A stretch of DNA of 64,000 nucleotides from Hamiltosporidium tvaerminnensis FI-OER-3-3 (taxonomy: Eukaryota; Fungi; Microsporidia), in contig CM061247.1 in assembly GCA_022605425.2 (NCBI GenBank), positions 1,364,001 to 1,428,000 of the forward strand. The letters run 5' to 3'. The position numbers and the translations under genes were made by a program. Positions 20,289 to 34,430 of this stretch are shown here, one piece after another. The notes beneath the pieces are model-generated. The model made no database searches and had not been told where the DNA came from. It saw nothing but the letters and a program-made list of their open reading frames with translations. Each line of letters starts with the position of its first letter. Positions within the stretch are counted from its first letter, which is position 1.

Positions 20289-21041
20289 CTAAATCAGAAG
20301 GGCACAGTTTTTTTCAATAAACGCAACCCATTTTTTTCTATGAACCGTTGTATATTCGAGGTATTGTTTTTTTATTTCATCTGATATTAAAATTACCTCA
20401 TCTAATTTCGGAATTTTATCGAAATCAATAGTTCCACTTAATATACTTTCAATTAAATCACATGCATTGCCAATAGAAGAAAAATGATGTTTTTTTAACT
20501 TATTGATTGTTTTAATGATATCCTCTACAGATCTAATATTTGATGAATGCAAATTTGTATTTGATCTGCAATTTTCTTTAATCGATTCATTAAAATCATT
20601 GTAATATTTTCTAATCATAATATAATATGGTTTTCTTAAATTTCTTTTTAAAAATGTCTTTAAAGCGCTGTAATATTCTATAAGTACTTCCTTTACCCAT
20701 TTAATTTGCTCAGCTGTATATTTTTGGTGCAACATATGATTATTATTTTTTTTATACGTTTTTAGCAAAACAGTTATCTTGTCATGAAATTTTTTATTTT
20801 TTTTTGAAACGCATCTCGGTAAAAATATTTTTTGATAAAAATTACCCAATTTATACGCCATTGTCCAAAGAGAATCAATAGGACATATTTTATACGTTTC
20901 CTTTATCTCTTTATTTAATTCACCAGTCATTGATTCCAACCTTTCTTTTTCATTATTTAATTTATCTATTTGCTTTTCAAACGGATAGTTTATAGCACAT
21001 AAACAAACTTTCATCAACAAATACATTAAAATCAATATCAT
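20289..21041 (-). CDS. Hypothetical secreted protein (250 aa), paralog of 36769-37521
   Basis: Signal-peptide-like N-terminus; CCC motif upstream; gap-free alignment to the other 250-aa ORF. Confidence 0.85.
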   Translation of the reverse strand: MILILMYLLMKVCLCAINYPFEKQIDKLNNEKERLESMTGELNKEIKETYKICPIDSLWTMAYKLGNFYQKIFLPRCVSKKNKKFHDKITVLLKTYKKNNNHMLHQKYTAEQIKWVKEVLIEYYSALKTFLKRNLRKPYYIMIRKYYNDFNESIKENCRSNTNLHSSNIRSVEDIIKTINKLKKHHFSSIGNACDLIESILSGTIDFDKIPKLDEVILISDEIKKQYLEYTTVHRKKWVAFIEKNCALLI

Positions 21042-24000
21042 TTTTCTAAAAGGGTAGAAAATATTATTAAGTATTGATTAAAAAATTTTTTATGACATCT
21101 ATCAAGCAAAGTATCATAAAAGATATATTTTGTTTTTTTAATTAACAACTGTATCTTGTGAAATTTATATGCACAAAGGTGCTTAATTAAGTTGGAACGA
21201 GATTCGGAACTCAACACCAGTATCTGTAAAATTATTATTCTTTAAAGAGCATGATTAAGAACGGATCGATCTTCGAACCGAACAACGTATTTTATAAAAT
21301 TTTATTTTTACATAAGATTATGAATAACGGCACATTTATAAAGATACTTGTGCAGCAATGCTTCCAAAAAATTTTCATAAAGTTTATTATCATGGTGATT
21401 CGTTTTCAAATTTTTTTCCCTCAATAAAAAATCAGTTTTAAATTGAACAAGAAAATGTTGATAAACTACAAGATGAAATTATTTACCGAATAATTTAAAT
21501 TTAAAGGTTGTTTATATTCCACAATTATTTAAAGGCAAATAAGTTTGTTTCTTAAATTAACCTTGCAGACAAATCAATTATTAAATATAAATTAATTTAA
21601 TCAAGATACATCAAAAACAAAACTATAAATTTAAAATTGACATAAACATGATTTTCTATATTTTATGGCATTTAAAAGATAGTTTTCTGCGTTACATTGT
21701 TTACGATCGACATAATAGAATGGTTATCAAACAAAATGTATTAATAGCAATTTAACTAAAAAATAGTATTTTCAAGCAATACAGTGGATTTAAAAAAGGA
21801 ATTCAAGATATTTCATTGCTAATGGAAATTTAATTATTGATTAACTCTTTCATATCTCTTAATTTGAGAAGATCTAAAATGAAGATAAAATATGGATATA
21901 TAAATCATTAAGTTTTAAATTTACTTGAAAAACTGAAGTTACAAAGAATATTAAAATAAGACATAATATTGTAACTTAGGAGAAGTAAGTATACAGTATA
22001 GTGCTTATGGTGCTTTGATAAACATCCCAAAGAATTTAATGCACATTTCAGAAAATTAGTCACTTTTACATTCGAAAAAGTAAATATTATTCATGATATG
22101 TTATATGATACGTATTATGTGTATTGATTTCGTTTTGCTTCAAATTTGAAAATAGAAGAACCAAGTTTTTAGTAAATAGAATACATGAAGCAATAGCAAA
22201 ACACCTTAGCCTAACCACAAATCAATGCGTATTTTCCTTTAAAACACATAAAGGCATTTATTCTATATGAACAAAAAAAATTCATAGATCACAATGACTC
22301 TAATACTTACTCTGCGATAGCCAGGATAAAAGACAGACATAGTAATGGTTGAGATAGAAATAAAAACATAAATATGATCACATTTATCTAACGATTTAAC
22401 ATCAGAAAAACATAATAAGTTGTATTGAAATATTAAATAGAAATGATGGAAAGGTATTTTAGAAGAGGGTGTAAGTCTAGTTCTTAAAAGTTAATTTTAT
22501 TGCAGAAGAAAGCAATCGAAACTTTATTAAAGTACCTATTATAATTGTAAGAAAAAATATCAAAGTATGGATAGTTAAAAAAACATCTTTTCAGTATATA
22601 GACTTACTTATTCCGGTCATTTTTTTAGCTCTCAATTTTGAGGCAGAACAGATGGAATGCTAACATTTCCGACGATGTAAATTTCTAGCGTTTTTTATTT
22701 CCATTCTTTTTTCATTAAACACGGGTTTATAAGAGTCGAACTATTTTAAAATTCATAAGTTCTTATATTTTCACAGCCAAACCACCTAATTTTATGCGGC
22801 ATAAGTCATAGCTCAATCACAGGATAGCACAGTAATTTTTGAGACATTCCACATCTTTCGATCTGTTTCTTTAAATCAGTTGTAGTTCAGAATTCTAGTT
22901 AGATCAGATCCCAGACCTAGGTCGGTTTATATTCCATAAAAAATCCAAATATAGATTTTATCCAGCTTTATACACTTATTGCCAAGTAGATATTTATAAA
23001 TGTGGCTATACTTCCTCTACCTGAGATTTATACTTGAGTATAAATTCAGTAAATTATATAAGAATACAGAACCTATAAAGAATAAGAAAAAATATAAAAT
23101 TCAGATATAAAGTCAATGAGGAACAAGTATAAATTGTTCTGTATCAAAAAATCGCTGAAAAATAGCGAAAATTAAGAAAATTTCATAAAAAAACAACTTA
23201 TCACTCAATTAATAACTTCATTGATAAAATTATGAAATATGCTAGAGTGATAGGCCATACTTTAATTGACATACTGATACATAAAATTTGAAATAAACAG
23301 AAAGCTAACAGATCAAGACTTAAAAAAAATCTTATAGAAAGCAATAACATGTATGAATCATTTAGAAAGTAAAAATACGTATTTTAGGCTGAGTCTATTT
23401 TGTTTGGAAATTAAAAATTCTGATATTAGACAGTCTAAGAAATTCAAAAACATTTTTTTCAAGAAATAGTATATATTGTTGAAAATGATGAGAAAATGGT
23501 ATTTTATCAATTTTTAGTAGAATGAAATTTGTAAAATTTTAATGTTTAAGATTATATGTAAATCAGGTATATTGAAACTACGGCTTGCGGACACATTTCG
23601 TGCAGCCTTATGTAACATTTCAGACATTACTTACATTTATCCCATCGTAAAATATTTTTTTATTGTAGGATAGGTGTTTTTTTAAGCCAAAAAATGATAA
23701 AATTCACGTATACAAAGAAAAAAGTTAAAACTAGGAATATTTTTTTTATTAAGAATTCATATTACAAAGAAAATTTGTTTTTCCCTTAAAATTTTTTGAA
23801 ACCACCTAATTTTTTTCATAATTTTACACCAAAAAACCAAATGAAGTTAAGAAAATTTATCTCATTATTTATGAGATTGATGAGTTTAGATTTGTCTTAA
23901 TAAGTTCTTAAAATCGTGGGTCTCATTTACTAATAGACATTATCAATAAAGATTTCACGTGGTAATCTGTTGATTTAGACATGTAAATATTCTTTGTATA

Positions 24001-24049
24001 TTTTAATTTAGAGAATGTTTCTTTACACATATAGATAGCCAAAGGCGAG

Positions 24050-25290
24050 AATAAATACTCGACTAAATTCATGAACGTATTAAATTTTGTAGGGGGAAGA
24101 TTCTTGTAAAATTCCAGTAATGATGAATTGAATCATTTTTCTTGTACAATATCCATGCACTGCATAGGTATTATTTTCCAATTGAAGCTCCGGTGCAAGG
24201 GTTTCAACATTAGAAGTAAAAGCGTATTGAAAAATTGGAATATTGTTTGTTACCGAATTAAAATCGAAAAAAAAACGAGAATCAAAATTTATTATTAGAA
24301 CATCTCGAGATTATAGTGCGAACTCTATTGGAAATGATATCGCCGTTTGTTTACGCAATATTTAGCCTATATTAAAATTAGTACAATGTTTTTATCTATA
24401 TCGATCGAAAAAACTCATTTTTTGACCAAATGATTAAATATGGACGTATAAATCAGGCAATTCCGCCGGAGATACGACTGATTCTTCTCTGCCAGTCTCA
24501 AACTCTGTATAAATAAAGAGGATTGGGAATAGGGATAACACACCAATTTAAAAAACGATATATTTACGAAACAGAAACAAAATAATATATTTTGAAAACA
24601 AATAAAAATAAAAGCCAATGTATATTATAACATGAAATGTGCGCATTCTTTTTCGATCAGATGCGTTGTCTAATCTATCTATTGAAAAAGGAAATATAAA
24701 ATTAATATTGTTTTACGGCAGAAAATCAGATGGAAAGAAACAAGTATGAAAAACCGTATTCTACGGCGGGAACACGACTTATGTACTGGAAACAGCATTT
24801 CCCACTGAAAACAACCCAGTAGTAAATACTTTATTAATAAACTATTTATTAACGATTGTGTTTAATATAGTCAAGAGACACGTTTTTAATACGACAATGA
24901 TGTGTGTTAAAGCTCCCAAAAAAATAGTAATGAAAAAACGAACGTCGAATTTTGTAGAACACACATATATTTATGCGAAAATGCCCCAAGCAATGATATA
25001 AAAATTATTATGGATAATTTTAACCCAGAGATAGGAAAGAGATATTATGCAGCTTTATTATCAAACAGGAAACCATTAATACTGAATTTAATAGTGGCAA
25101 AACAAGACTAACCAATTTTGCAGTGAGTAAGATCATGTGCAAATAGAAGTTATTTCCCCATAAAATAATACATAAATACGCATGGAAATTACCAGATGAT
25201 ATGCCATTTAATCAAATCGAACATTCACTTATAGATTCGAGATATGTATCAAGTGCCGTGGATGTGAAATATTAGAAGCGCTGATTTAGA
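24050..25290 (+). pseudogene. Decayed Helitron Rep/helicase remnant
   Basis: Fragments RLFTQYLA (cf. GRLFQQY), DNFNPE (cf. vpYNP) and IDSRYVSSA (cf. D.RYvsa.EA) in the expected order; many stops and frameshifts. Confidence 0.45.
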
Positions 25291-25479
25291 ACCAGATCAT
25301 CTTTTGTTAAGATGAAGTAGAGGCAGCGTGTAACAGCATCAAAACCATCCAGAAGATATACATTAGATAGGGATAATACTGACTTTCGAATGATTTGGAC
25401 CTTAGAGAAAAATATTAAAGACCTTGATTAAGTACTTAAGCATCAATAAGCCTTATATAACTGCTGAAATAGATTTTAG

Positions 25480-26650
25480 GTGAATCAAGGTAAAGAAAAC
25501 TATCTGCAAACCGCAAAACAAGTATTTGGAGTAAATAAACATGAGAAACAAGATTCTTGGCTCGATCAAGAGTGATGAATACGATCAAACAGGGAAATAA
25601 ATCTATAATTAAAAGTTAAAACACAAACTACATGTATAAAAAAGAAGTTCTGTCGACAAGAACCAACTAAAACGGTGTTTTAAAGGGATAAACAAGTAAG
25701 AAAGGCCAAAAGCCTAAAATAAATAAAAAGAATGGCAGTAAGTAATAATCAAGCCGAATGTATTAGATAATAAGAAATTAGAAACTTGGCTTCGTACTCA
25801 AAACCAGCGTTCTAGAAGGAAAGAAGGGTGAGTTTTTACGGATCTCAAAGAAATTATATATACATAAGGTAAATATTTTGAAAGCCTTCTTAACTACATA
25901 AAAGAAATAAAACAGATTGGGAAGAATGTCATAATAATTTAGCAAAAAAGAATATTGATAGCATGATAGATGAAACTACTAAAGATCCAACTCTCTAGGA
26001 AACAATGGCTGCCATTATGATTTTAAAAAATCATAGAGCCCTGTAAGAAGATGAATTTTAGCCGAGCTTTTAAAATATAGAGGTAATATATTAGGCCAAA
26101 ACATACGCAAATCGGTTAAAATCATATAGAAAACGGAAAAAAATATCATATGAATGAAATATTAGTCTGATAAGTCATTAAAACGGGGGAAAAACAAATA
26201 TAAAACACACAAAATAAAGAAGAATATGTATGTTGCATAGCTATCAAATTTCCCGGCTAAAAGGTTAGATATCATGGCAAGTGAATTATCGAGGATTATC
26301 AAAGTGGATTCCGTAAATTAGAGTAAAACAGATTCAATATTAATAATATACATTTATGAAATATTTTAGATGTTGGCATAAAACATAATGAGTTTTCGGC
26401 TGTGTGGCTTTTTATAGAAGTTTATACGGCCGAACAACAAAGTTTGGTAATATTTGCTGATAATAACTAATCTATAAAGTTTTATTATGTTTATAGCAGC
26501 TCTTGTTTAATGCTTCGAAAATATAAAATCTATAGAAATTTATTTATAATTAAAAATCCGACTTAAATATACTCCAGAGTAACTGAAATAATATTGGATC
26601 TGCTATAAGATTAACATCTTAACACAGCTATATCTACTTTGAATCTGGTT
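25480..26650 (+). pseudogene. Decayed RTE-like non-LTR reverse transcriptase remnant
   Basis: RAL..D.ILAELLKYRG (cf. KAPG.D.I.AELLKYGG) at ~26035-26085 and YQSGFRK at ~26297-26317. Confidence 0.5.
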
Positions 26651-26899
26651 ATAATCCAATTTTGAAAAAAAAAAAAACAATACTGACTTCCTGGGAATAT
26701 ATTTTTGCAGTTTGTGTTTATAAAATAATTATAGTTGCGTTTATAAGAATAGAAAAAAGTGGAATAGATAGAATCGAATTTTTAAAAGCATTTCAAACTT
26801 AGATAGCAACAAAAAACTATTGTCATTTATACTTTTCGAAATTGTTTTTATGATGTCTTTTTAAAGCAAAATTGACACGGGAAACACAATTACAAATTT

Positions 26900-28350
26900 C
26901 TAACAAAATATCGATTTTTGGAAAGCATGCAGCTCCTTAACAATCTTATGATAATAATTATGAATAAGGACTAATATGAATGAGCAATTCGCAATCTTAA
27001 TATTTTTTTTAGATACAAAAATAGGAGGATTTATTTAAAAAAAATAAGTATAGAAAATACCCTATCTTAACAAAAAAACACTAAATTTACACAAAGAATG
27101 TCAAATCCATATTATTTATTTGCTTTAGTAATAATAAATTTATGAAATTTTGAAGCGCCTAGCCATTTTTCTTTACTAAACTTGCATTTTTCATACTTAA
27201 ATTGAAATTTGTTGCTAATTCGACTATATTCTTGGTCACATGTATTAGATGATATTTTGCAAACTCTTCCAAATCAATTTCGGCCTTTGGGATTTATTCG
27301 GCACAAATAAATTTCAAATTACATATTTTGAATTGTTTCTTGGGCAAAGTTAGCTTTTGATAACATTTTTCGTGCATTATTGATACAAAAACTCTATTCT
27401 ATTTTAGGAACAAATTTCGCAATGATCCTTGGTTCAATGCGACCTCTGTCGATATTCGTTGCTCCAAATCTCACCGTATCAATCTACTTGGCGGAAGTGT
27501 ATCTTAATTAAAAATTTCAAAAATTTTTCAGCTTATTTGTTAAGATTTCTTGATGAAATCTATAAAATTTTAATATTTCGGATTTTATTTTTCAAATTAA
27601 AATCTTCAGAAAAATGCATTATTTGCAAATTTTATTAGCAAATACACAAGAATAGATGGCTTTAACTACACATGCTTATATTTTTTTATGAAAGTCAGGA
27701 TATGAATTGGATTTCGAAAATTAAAGTTATACATAAGTATAATCATACCATACATATTTTCCGATATTTTTTTGTTTTATCTTGATGAGCTCATTCTGCG
27801 GCATATCTTCTTCTCGATTGCGAATTATCTTGCTATATTTTGACAATGGCTTTAACTCTCTTCAAAGTTTATTTTGAGCAGAACTTTGTAAGCAAAAAAC
27901 TTTTAAACTAAGTTTTTCTTTTGTTGCTACTTAGGCATATGCCGAGTACATTTTATCCTACTTCGGGGAGCTCTGATTTATAATCTAGATCAAACGTAAG
28001 CTTTATGATATTTTTTTCTGTTATTGTCTGCCAGATACGTATAAAGTTTATTTTCAATATCTTAATTGGCAATTTATACAGAGCTTGACTTTGAGAGTGA
28101 CCGAGCTTTCCATGTAGCATCTTCGACTCGGTTACATTCTACGTACTTCTTTGATAAAATTATACGCATATTATCTGCTCTTATTATTTTCAAAACAGAA
28201 AGTGCATCAAAGATAGTAGAATTACCAAAAATACAGCGTTATCTTTACTGGTCTATTGTTTTTAAGCCGCTAAAGTTGAAGAAATTTATTATAATGCTCT
28301 CGGTAGACAAGTATAAGTTTATAGAGATTATCTATTGTGATTAAATGTCG
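26900..28350 (-). pseudogene. Possible decayed APE-type LINE ORF2 remnant
   Basis: Minus-strand DHCEI (cf. SDH) and NKSQRP (cf. NKSPGPDG) in the expected order; very degenerate. Confidence 0.3.
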
Positions 28351-29039
28351 ATAAAAACTACTTGATCTCTTAGGTTTATTTTTTACCTAGTATCGATTTA
28401 ATCTTACCTTTTTGTTACATATTTTTATAGGAAATAAAAAAATTAAAATAAATTACTATCATTTCTTTTGTGATTTTTTTATAATTTAAATTTATCTCGT
28501 TTTCCAAACGAGTCTGACCACTATGTACAATTGAAAACGGTGCATAGTGTAAAATTAGAAATTTTTCTTTCTGATGGGCTTAAAACCTAATATACTTTTA
28601 ACTTTCTCTACAGGTACTATCAAATCTTCTTTCTCTCCAATATTTATTAATCATACATGGATTAACTTTGATAATCCTTGGGTATTTTTCCTATTACTTT
28701 GTTTTCATATGCTTTTACTTTCTCTAATAACTTTCAGTATTGTTTTTTTGTGAGAATTATTGTATTTTGACTTTTTTTATAGCCCCAGTTCATTCAGTTG
28801 TTCTTCGAAACAATACTTTTTATTAGTTATATCGATTAGCATCGGTTCTTGAATTTAATTTTTTAGAAAAAAAACAACTAACACTCAATAAACAAAAAAA
28901 CGAAAAAAAATTATTAAATTTTTAAAGCTTAGGATAGTATAAGTGAAAAACAAACCCGAAGCTTGGTTTTAAATTGTTATCAATTTGTTATAGAGTTGCG
29001 AGAAATCGTAGCAGTATTTATATGATCGGCAATGTATAA

Positions 29040-32000
29040 ATTATCTTAGTATTTTGTTAGTTTTTTTAATTTTTCAATTCACCTTTTTCCATTTTATTAA
29101 TAAATTCTGTGTTATAACTTTTTTTTATCATTTTCATATATTTTCTTCTACCAATTTTACCATAGTTGTTTCTTCTTCCAACTCCGAATCTTCTTTTATA
29201 TTTAATGTTAGTTACTCTAATGTGGTTCCTGCTTTTGAAATAAGGGGGTATATTTTTTGTCTTGAATTCTTTAACATCATCTTCCTCATTTTCAGCTGCT
29301 CTTAAAAGAGGGTGTCGGTTCCTCATGTATCTCGTCTCTCTTAAAACACCTATTTACGCTCTCTCCAGCTATCATTGGCATTTAGTCCCGACCCAAGTCC
29401 TCTTCGTCGATCAAAGAAATTGTTTCGAACTGTCTTTTAAAGTACTGTCGACTGGATGTATGCCTCTATATTGTGAGGTATTTATAGTCTTTCAAGGTGT
29501 GACTTATGGTATTTTGTTTGAATATCGTCCTAAAACATTACATACGTGATTATCTCAATATTGCACTTATAAATAAAACCTAACTCATTAGCTAGCCGGT
29601 TATACTATCTAATTTTTTCGGTTTCGTCTATCTGAAGTGAATCTTTGGAATAAATTTTTACTTCAATGAATGTTATCTTATTTTTACTCTTATCTAAAAT
29701 GAATATATCGGGTCTATTACATCAAATATTGACATAAGTTTTTATCCTGGTGTTCACTCTTATCTCCGCATGTTCGTTTTAGGGAATTACTTGAACCGAG
29801 TAGTTTCTGATTCGTTTTAAAGACTTGAACTTATATCTATTTAAGAGAAATAAGTGACGGTCTCTAAACACTCCATTATACCGTCTGGTATAGTCATAGC
29901 CTAGCATTTTTTTACATCGAGTTGCTAGATGATATACAGTCTTACCAAACATCCCGCACTATTGACACACACCATCTGCTTCCCAGAATACATCTCCATA
30001 CTGGATATAGCAGAACACTGCCTTATTGCGGGGCTTAATTTTCCATTTCTTTAGCAATCTTTAAGAGTCACTAAGACTTACAAGCTCATTTTTTCTTACA
30101 TTATATAACTTTGAGTGAAGTTTTCGTTTTTCTATTTCGTTATATAGTTTTGCAAGTTGAGCGTCTTCAAAACTTTTCTTAGTGATTTCTTCTACCAACA
30201 TGTACTTTACTTTTAAGAAGCCTTTTGAAAGTGCAAGATGGTTTTTATTATTATTTTCCACCTTGTGTATTGCTGCTCTGCTAGTTAAAATTTCTTCATA
30301 TTTTGCAGAATTCAAGTGTTACACAAGCTTATATTCGCTTCGCAACTCTACACTGTGTAGGCCTCTTCTAAATTATGTTATAAGGATATAGAGATTATAT
30401 TTACATCATGGGGGGATATATATCTTATTTTTTACAAATTCCGCACGCACTAGATCATCTAACTCAGAGAATTCAGCCGGTTTAAGTCTAAGTACTGCTA
30501 TATGGTAGAGTATGAACTATATCGGATTTTTTTGAACTTTAAAAAATAAACATTTTTGCGTTTACTCTACGTTGACAAAGTATTTGAACTCTTGATAAAG
30601 GTTTGCTCTATACTTCTTAAAATCAGCTACGTGTTGGGATTCCTCTGTTATCTTCTATTATCCCTAAATATTTGAAAACACTAACACCTTATAGAAGAGT
30701 AGCAGTATCTTCACAACACGTATCTTTTGTGGCTGACTTCGCTTTGTTAATCTCTAACCCAATCACCTTTAAAAATTCCTTTGCCTCGCCTGTCATAGCA
30801 CTCAATGTGGAGCTGTCTTTTGCAAGGAGCTTAAGATCATCAAAAAACAAGATTTGATTGGTAGATTGGGATTCTGAATCGGTTTGTACTGTGCCTTTTG
30901 TGTATTTTTCATCAGCTTTCGTCTCAATGGATCCCTACACAACACAAACAATAATCGTGACAGACTATCTTCTTGCAGCACTCCTTTCTTAATATTTTTC
31001 TGCATGAGTTTTTCAGGCTCTACTGATATATCAATTTTTCATTTTGATATTATTACCTTAATAAATTTCAGGAACCAATCCGGTATATTAAGGTTTTCGA
31101 TGCATTGAGTTAAATAAGCATAGTCTATTGAATCATAATCTTCTTTAACATTAATCCATGTTGCGTTAAGATTGTTTCCATACTCTTTATTAGGAGCAAT
31201 ATTTAGTAAAGCCTGTTCTTTCGCTCAATAAACACCTCTTATTTTTTTAATAGCTCGATATCCCTACCGGATAGAACATAATCCAGCGATACATCATATC
31301 TGCGCCACGTTATAGGCGTTCCAGACACAATTTTTCTTTCCTTAGTTAGGTTGTCAGCCTCACGCAAACTTTTTGACGAAAGATAAAAAGTACACTAACA
31401 GAAAGAGGGGAATAAAACTCGTCCCGTCGGAATTGAATCCCGAAATTCTATCCGATAGATTATTGGCACCTCTAAAAAAGCTTTACTCACCCTAATTAAT
31501 TCTCACTAACAAACTCTAGTCTTTCCATCCAATCTGAACGACTTTCTTTACACAATTAGCCGTCAGATTTTAACGGTTGATATAGAGGTTACTTGCTTTC
31601 ATGTCATAGCCTCTTGGAGGAATTTCCTCGGTATCAAACACACATGCTCGCAGTGAGACCAATCAGCTTGAGGTGTTCCTTCTAAACATATAACTTTCAC
31701 AATATCATAAAGATATTTGTGAAGAGTTGTAAGTTTCTTTATGAAAAAATTGTGAATATCATCAATTCCAGCAGCTTTCCAATTAAGAAGCTGATTAATG
31801 ATACTAACAAATTCATTAAGTGAAGGAAACGTGGTCGGTGGATTATCTGAAACAAATGGAATCAAATAATCATTATACGTGACTGTGTCATCATCTTTGT
31901 TCCACATTGTAGACCAAAAACTCATAACTTCATCACGATTGACCACATTCTCGGATTCCACACGCTCAGATAACCCACGATAAAATCGACCTCGGAAAAG

Positions 32001-33115
32001 CTCAAACATACGATTCTCTTTTCGGAATTGCTTCCTACTTTCATACATCGTAATTTTTTTCTCGTAAACATTCAAAGACTCATTCTTCTTAACTAAAGCC
32101 TCAGAAAGATCAGTTACGCTGCTAAAGTTTAAATTAAACTCTCGCATGATTCTCTTAAGGCTCTTTGTTCCGAAGTGGAGAGCTTTTCCTGCTTACGAGC
32201 TTTCTTGAGAAGATCTTTAGAAAGTACTAACTTAGAAATTTTACTTTCTATGTTTTCCTTCCAAGCGGATCTAGGTTTTTCTTTACGTGTTGCCTCGTCA
32301 TAGCATACCCGAGCTACCTGGATTATCCGTGCCACTGCAGTTATCGTCATCGGCACATAAGAATCAGCATACTCACCGATAATTTGATTATTAAGGTCCA
32401 GATCTTTACTGTCAACCAATTCACTTGGAAGCTTTCGAGTTCGGACCACCACTTTTCCAATTTCCTTCTCCGAGATTTCTTTGATTTTACTGAAAAATTT
32501 ATCTCTCAGGTTTATGTACTCCGTGGTGTCAGTCAGGGTGCATGACTCAGTGAGACAAGTGGCGATTCTACATCGCTCGCCATTCTCTTCTTGCCTTATT
32601 TCCCTTTCTGCCTCATTTTGTGCGAGTTTTTTAAACGCATCGATATCTAATGTGCAGCCAAATTTCTCGTTATAGTACCTCAGAGTAGCGGGCCAGCCAT
32701 TTTTGGGCATTCTCTCAAACCACTTTTGCACTGCTAGAATAGTAGATATAAGCCATTCCTGCTCTACGACTGTTACAGAGTCAAGTATTGAGTACAATAC
32801 CATCAGTCGTTTTCCTTCTAGAATGGCATCTGTATTGAGGTTTATCATGCCGTTGGCTGGTTCCCACGCAGTGGCATCGGTACCAGAAGACGAGAGTATG
32901 GCGTCAACCAAGCCGACTGGACTAGTCTGGCAACTACTGCTTGGTGATTCGTGGGTGGTGTTATGGAAGGTCGGTAGAGGTGGAAGTCTCTCGGATAACA
33001 TTCCTACATCTACATCACACATCAAAATCTCTCCTGCGCTGTTCTCTAAGTTGTTTACAGCCTTTATTTTTTCATTTCTTATATTTTCGCTGTCTACTTT
33101 TTTCCTTCTACCCAT
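29040..33115 (-). mobile_element. R4/Dong-like non-LTR retrotransposon (RT plus restriction-like endonuclease), near full length, disrupted
   Basis: ORF fragments WKAAGIDDIHNFFIK, GVLQEDSLSRLLFVLC and CCHC/RPDI regions, colinear with 59965-62098; N-terminal ORF 32129-33115; SINE insertion at 31241-31470. Confidence 0.9.
31241..31470 (-). mobile_element. tRNA-derived SINE inserted in the LINE RT region
   Basis: Absent from the homologous site of LINE copy 2 (~41645). Minus strand has A-box-like ATAATCTATCGGATAG, B-box-like GGGATTCAATTCC and an A-rich tail. Candidate TSD CACCTCT (31233-31239, 31467-31473). Confidence 0.65.
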
Positions 33116-33175
33116 TATTTTTAAACTTAATAAGACAAATATATATCAAAAATAATTATAAAATTTTTTAATATT

Positions 33176-33961
33176 TTATTTTCTTAATTTGCTTATATTT
33201 GTTGAAACCTGGAATGAAAGTGCCAAGATGAACAAAATAAACCAAATAATACTCAATCCCCACCCAATAACAGAAACCTGGTCAATATTAAAATTCAAAA
33301 TAGCATTTTTAAATCCCCAGTTCCTATTAAACAATAATTCCACAGTAGAAAGAAACAGGAGTGCTCCAAAATAACAGCAAATTATAGACAATAATAAAAT
33401 TGGTACTAAAGCAGACAAATACCAAGCAAATATTACAAATAGCACAAACAGTATACGTCTAAAGTAATTTTTTTCTATAAAAAATTTTATCAAAGCTTTT
33501 TCGTGAAAAATTTCACGATAGGCTACAATCGTTAAAATACCAAAAATAACAAAATGATTCATCTTAAATACAAAGTTTAGAAGAAAGGCTAGAATTAAAC
33601 ATACAACAAAAATAATTTTCCAAATTACTTTAGGATTTCTTTCTATCAAATTTACCATTTTTTGACAAACTTCTGGTAAAATTAAATTTACTGATTTTTC
33701 GTTTTCTTTAAATGTATTTTGAAGTTTGTTAAAAAAACCAAAAAAATATCCACTCAGAATCAATATAAGCAATCCTGTTAGACTTACTGCTGAATATTTT
33801 GCTCCTTTTGTCATTAAAAAAATAGAAAAAGTAAGAAAACAAATTTCAAAGAAATATTCAAAGGGAGTATCAAAACATTTCTTTAAATTTCCCAATAATG
33901 CCACAATTAAAGAGCAATTTATAATATTGAATTTAAATATTAGTAACTTTGAACCATTCAT
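33176..33961 (-). CDS. Hypothetical multi-pass membrane protein
   Basis: 261 aa with ~7-8 hydrophobic segments; GGG motif just upstream of ATG. Confidence 0.8.
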   Translation of the reverse strand: MNGSKLLIFKFNIINCSLIVALLGNLKKCFDTPFEYFFEICFLTFSIFLMTKGAKYSAVSLTGLLILILSGYFFGFFNKLQNTFKENEKSVNLILPEVCQKMVNLIERNPKVIWKIIFVVCLILAFLLNFVFKMNHFVIFGILTIVAYREIFHEKALIKFFIEKNYFRRILFVLFVIFAWYLSALVPILLLSIICCYFGALLFLSTVELLFNRNWGFKNAILNFNIDQVSVIGWGLSIIWFILFILALSFQVSTNISKLRK

Positions 33962-34430
33962 ACCCTCAATTTCAATTACAATTTAAAAAGATTTTAAATG
34001 ATAACAATTTTTTTAAAAAAAAGATAAAAATTTTTTTACTTATCTACTTATTCCATTCCCATTTTATATTTCAGTGTCGAGTTTAACACCAGAAAATTTC
34101 CAATTGTTGATTTTAATACGTTAAAACTCGGGATTATAGGAGTCGACTTATATATCCGATGTAGTTTATATCCCACAAAATGGCAACAATGAATAAAAAA
34201 AATTCAGGAAATTGAAAAAAGGGAAGATATTAAGAATATTTAAGGTGAAAAAAATATTTTTTAAGCTCCATTTTAACTAATAGATTTACATTTCAAGTGA
34301 TTTAAAAATTATAATTGATTATTAGCACAATACAATTTTTTATTTCAAGTAAACCAATATATTTTAATTTAAAGTACTATTAAGAACTATAAAATTTGCT
34401 TTAATTTAATTAATTTAAATTTAGAATAAA

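Noticed and set aside
22600-22700. hAT dimerisation motif remnant (SIPSV)
   Set aside because: A single short degenerate match only.
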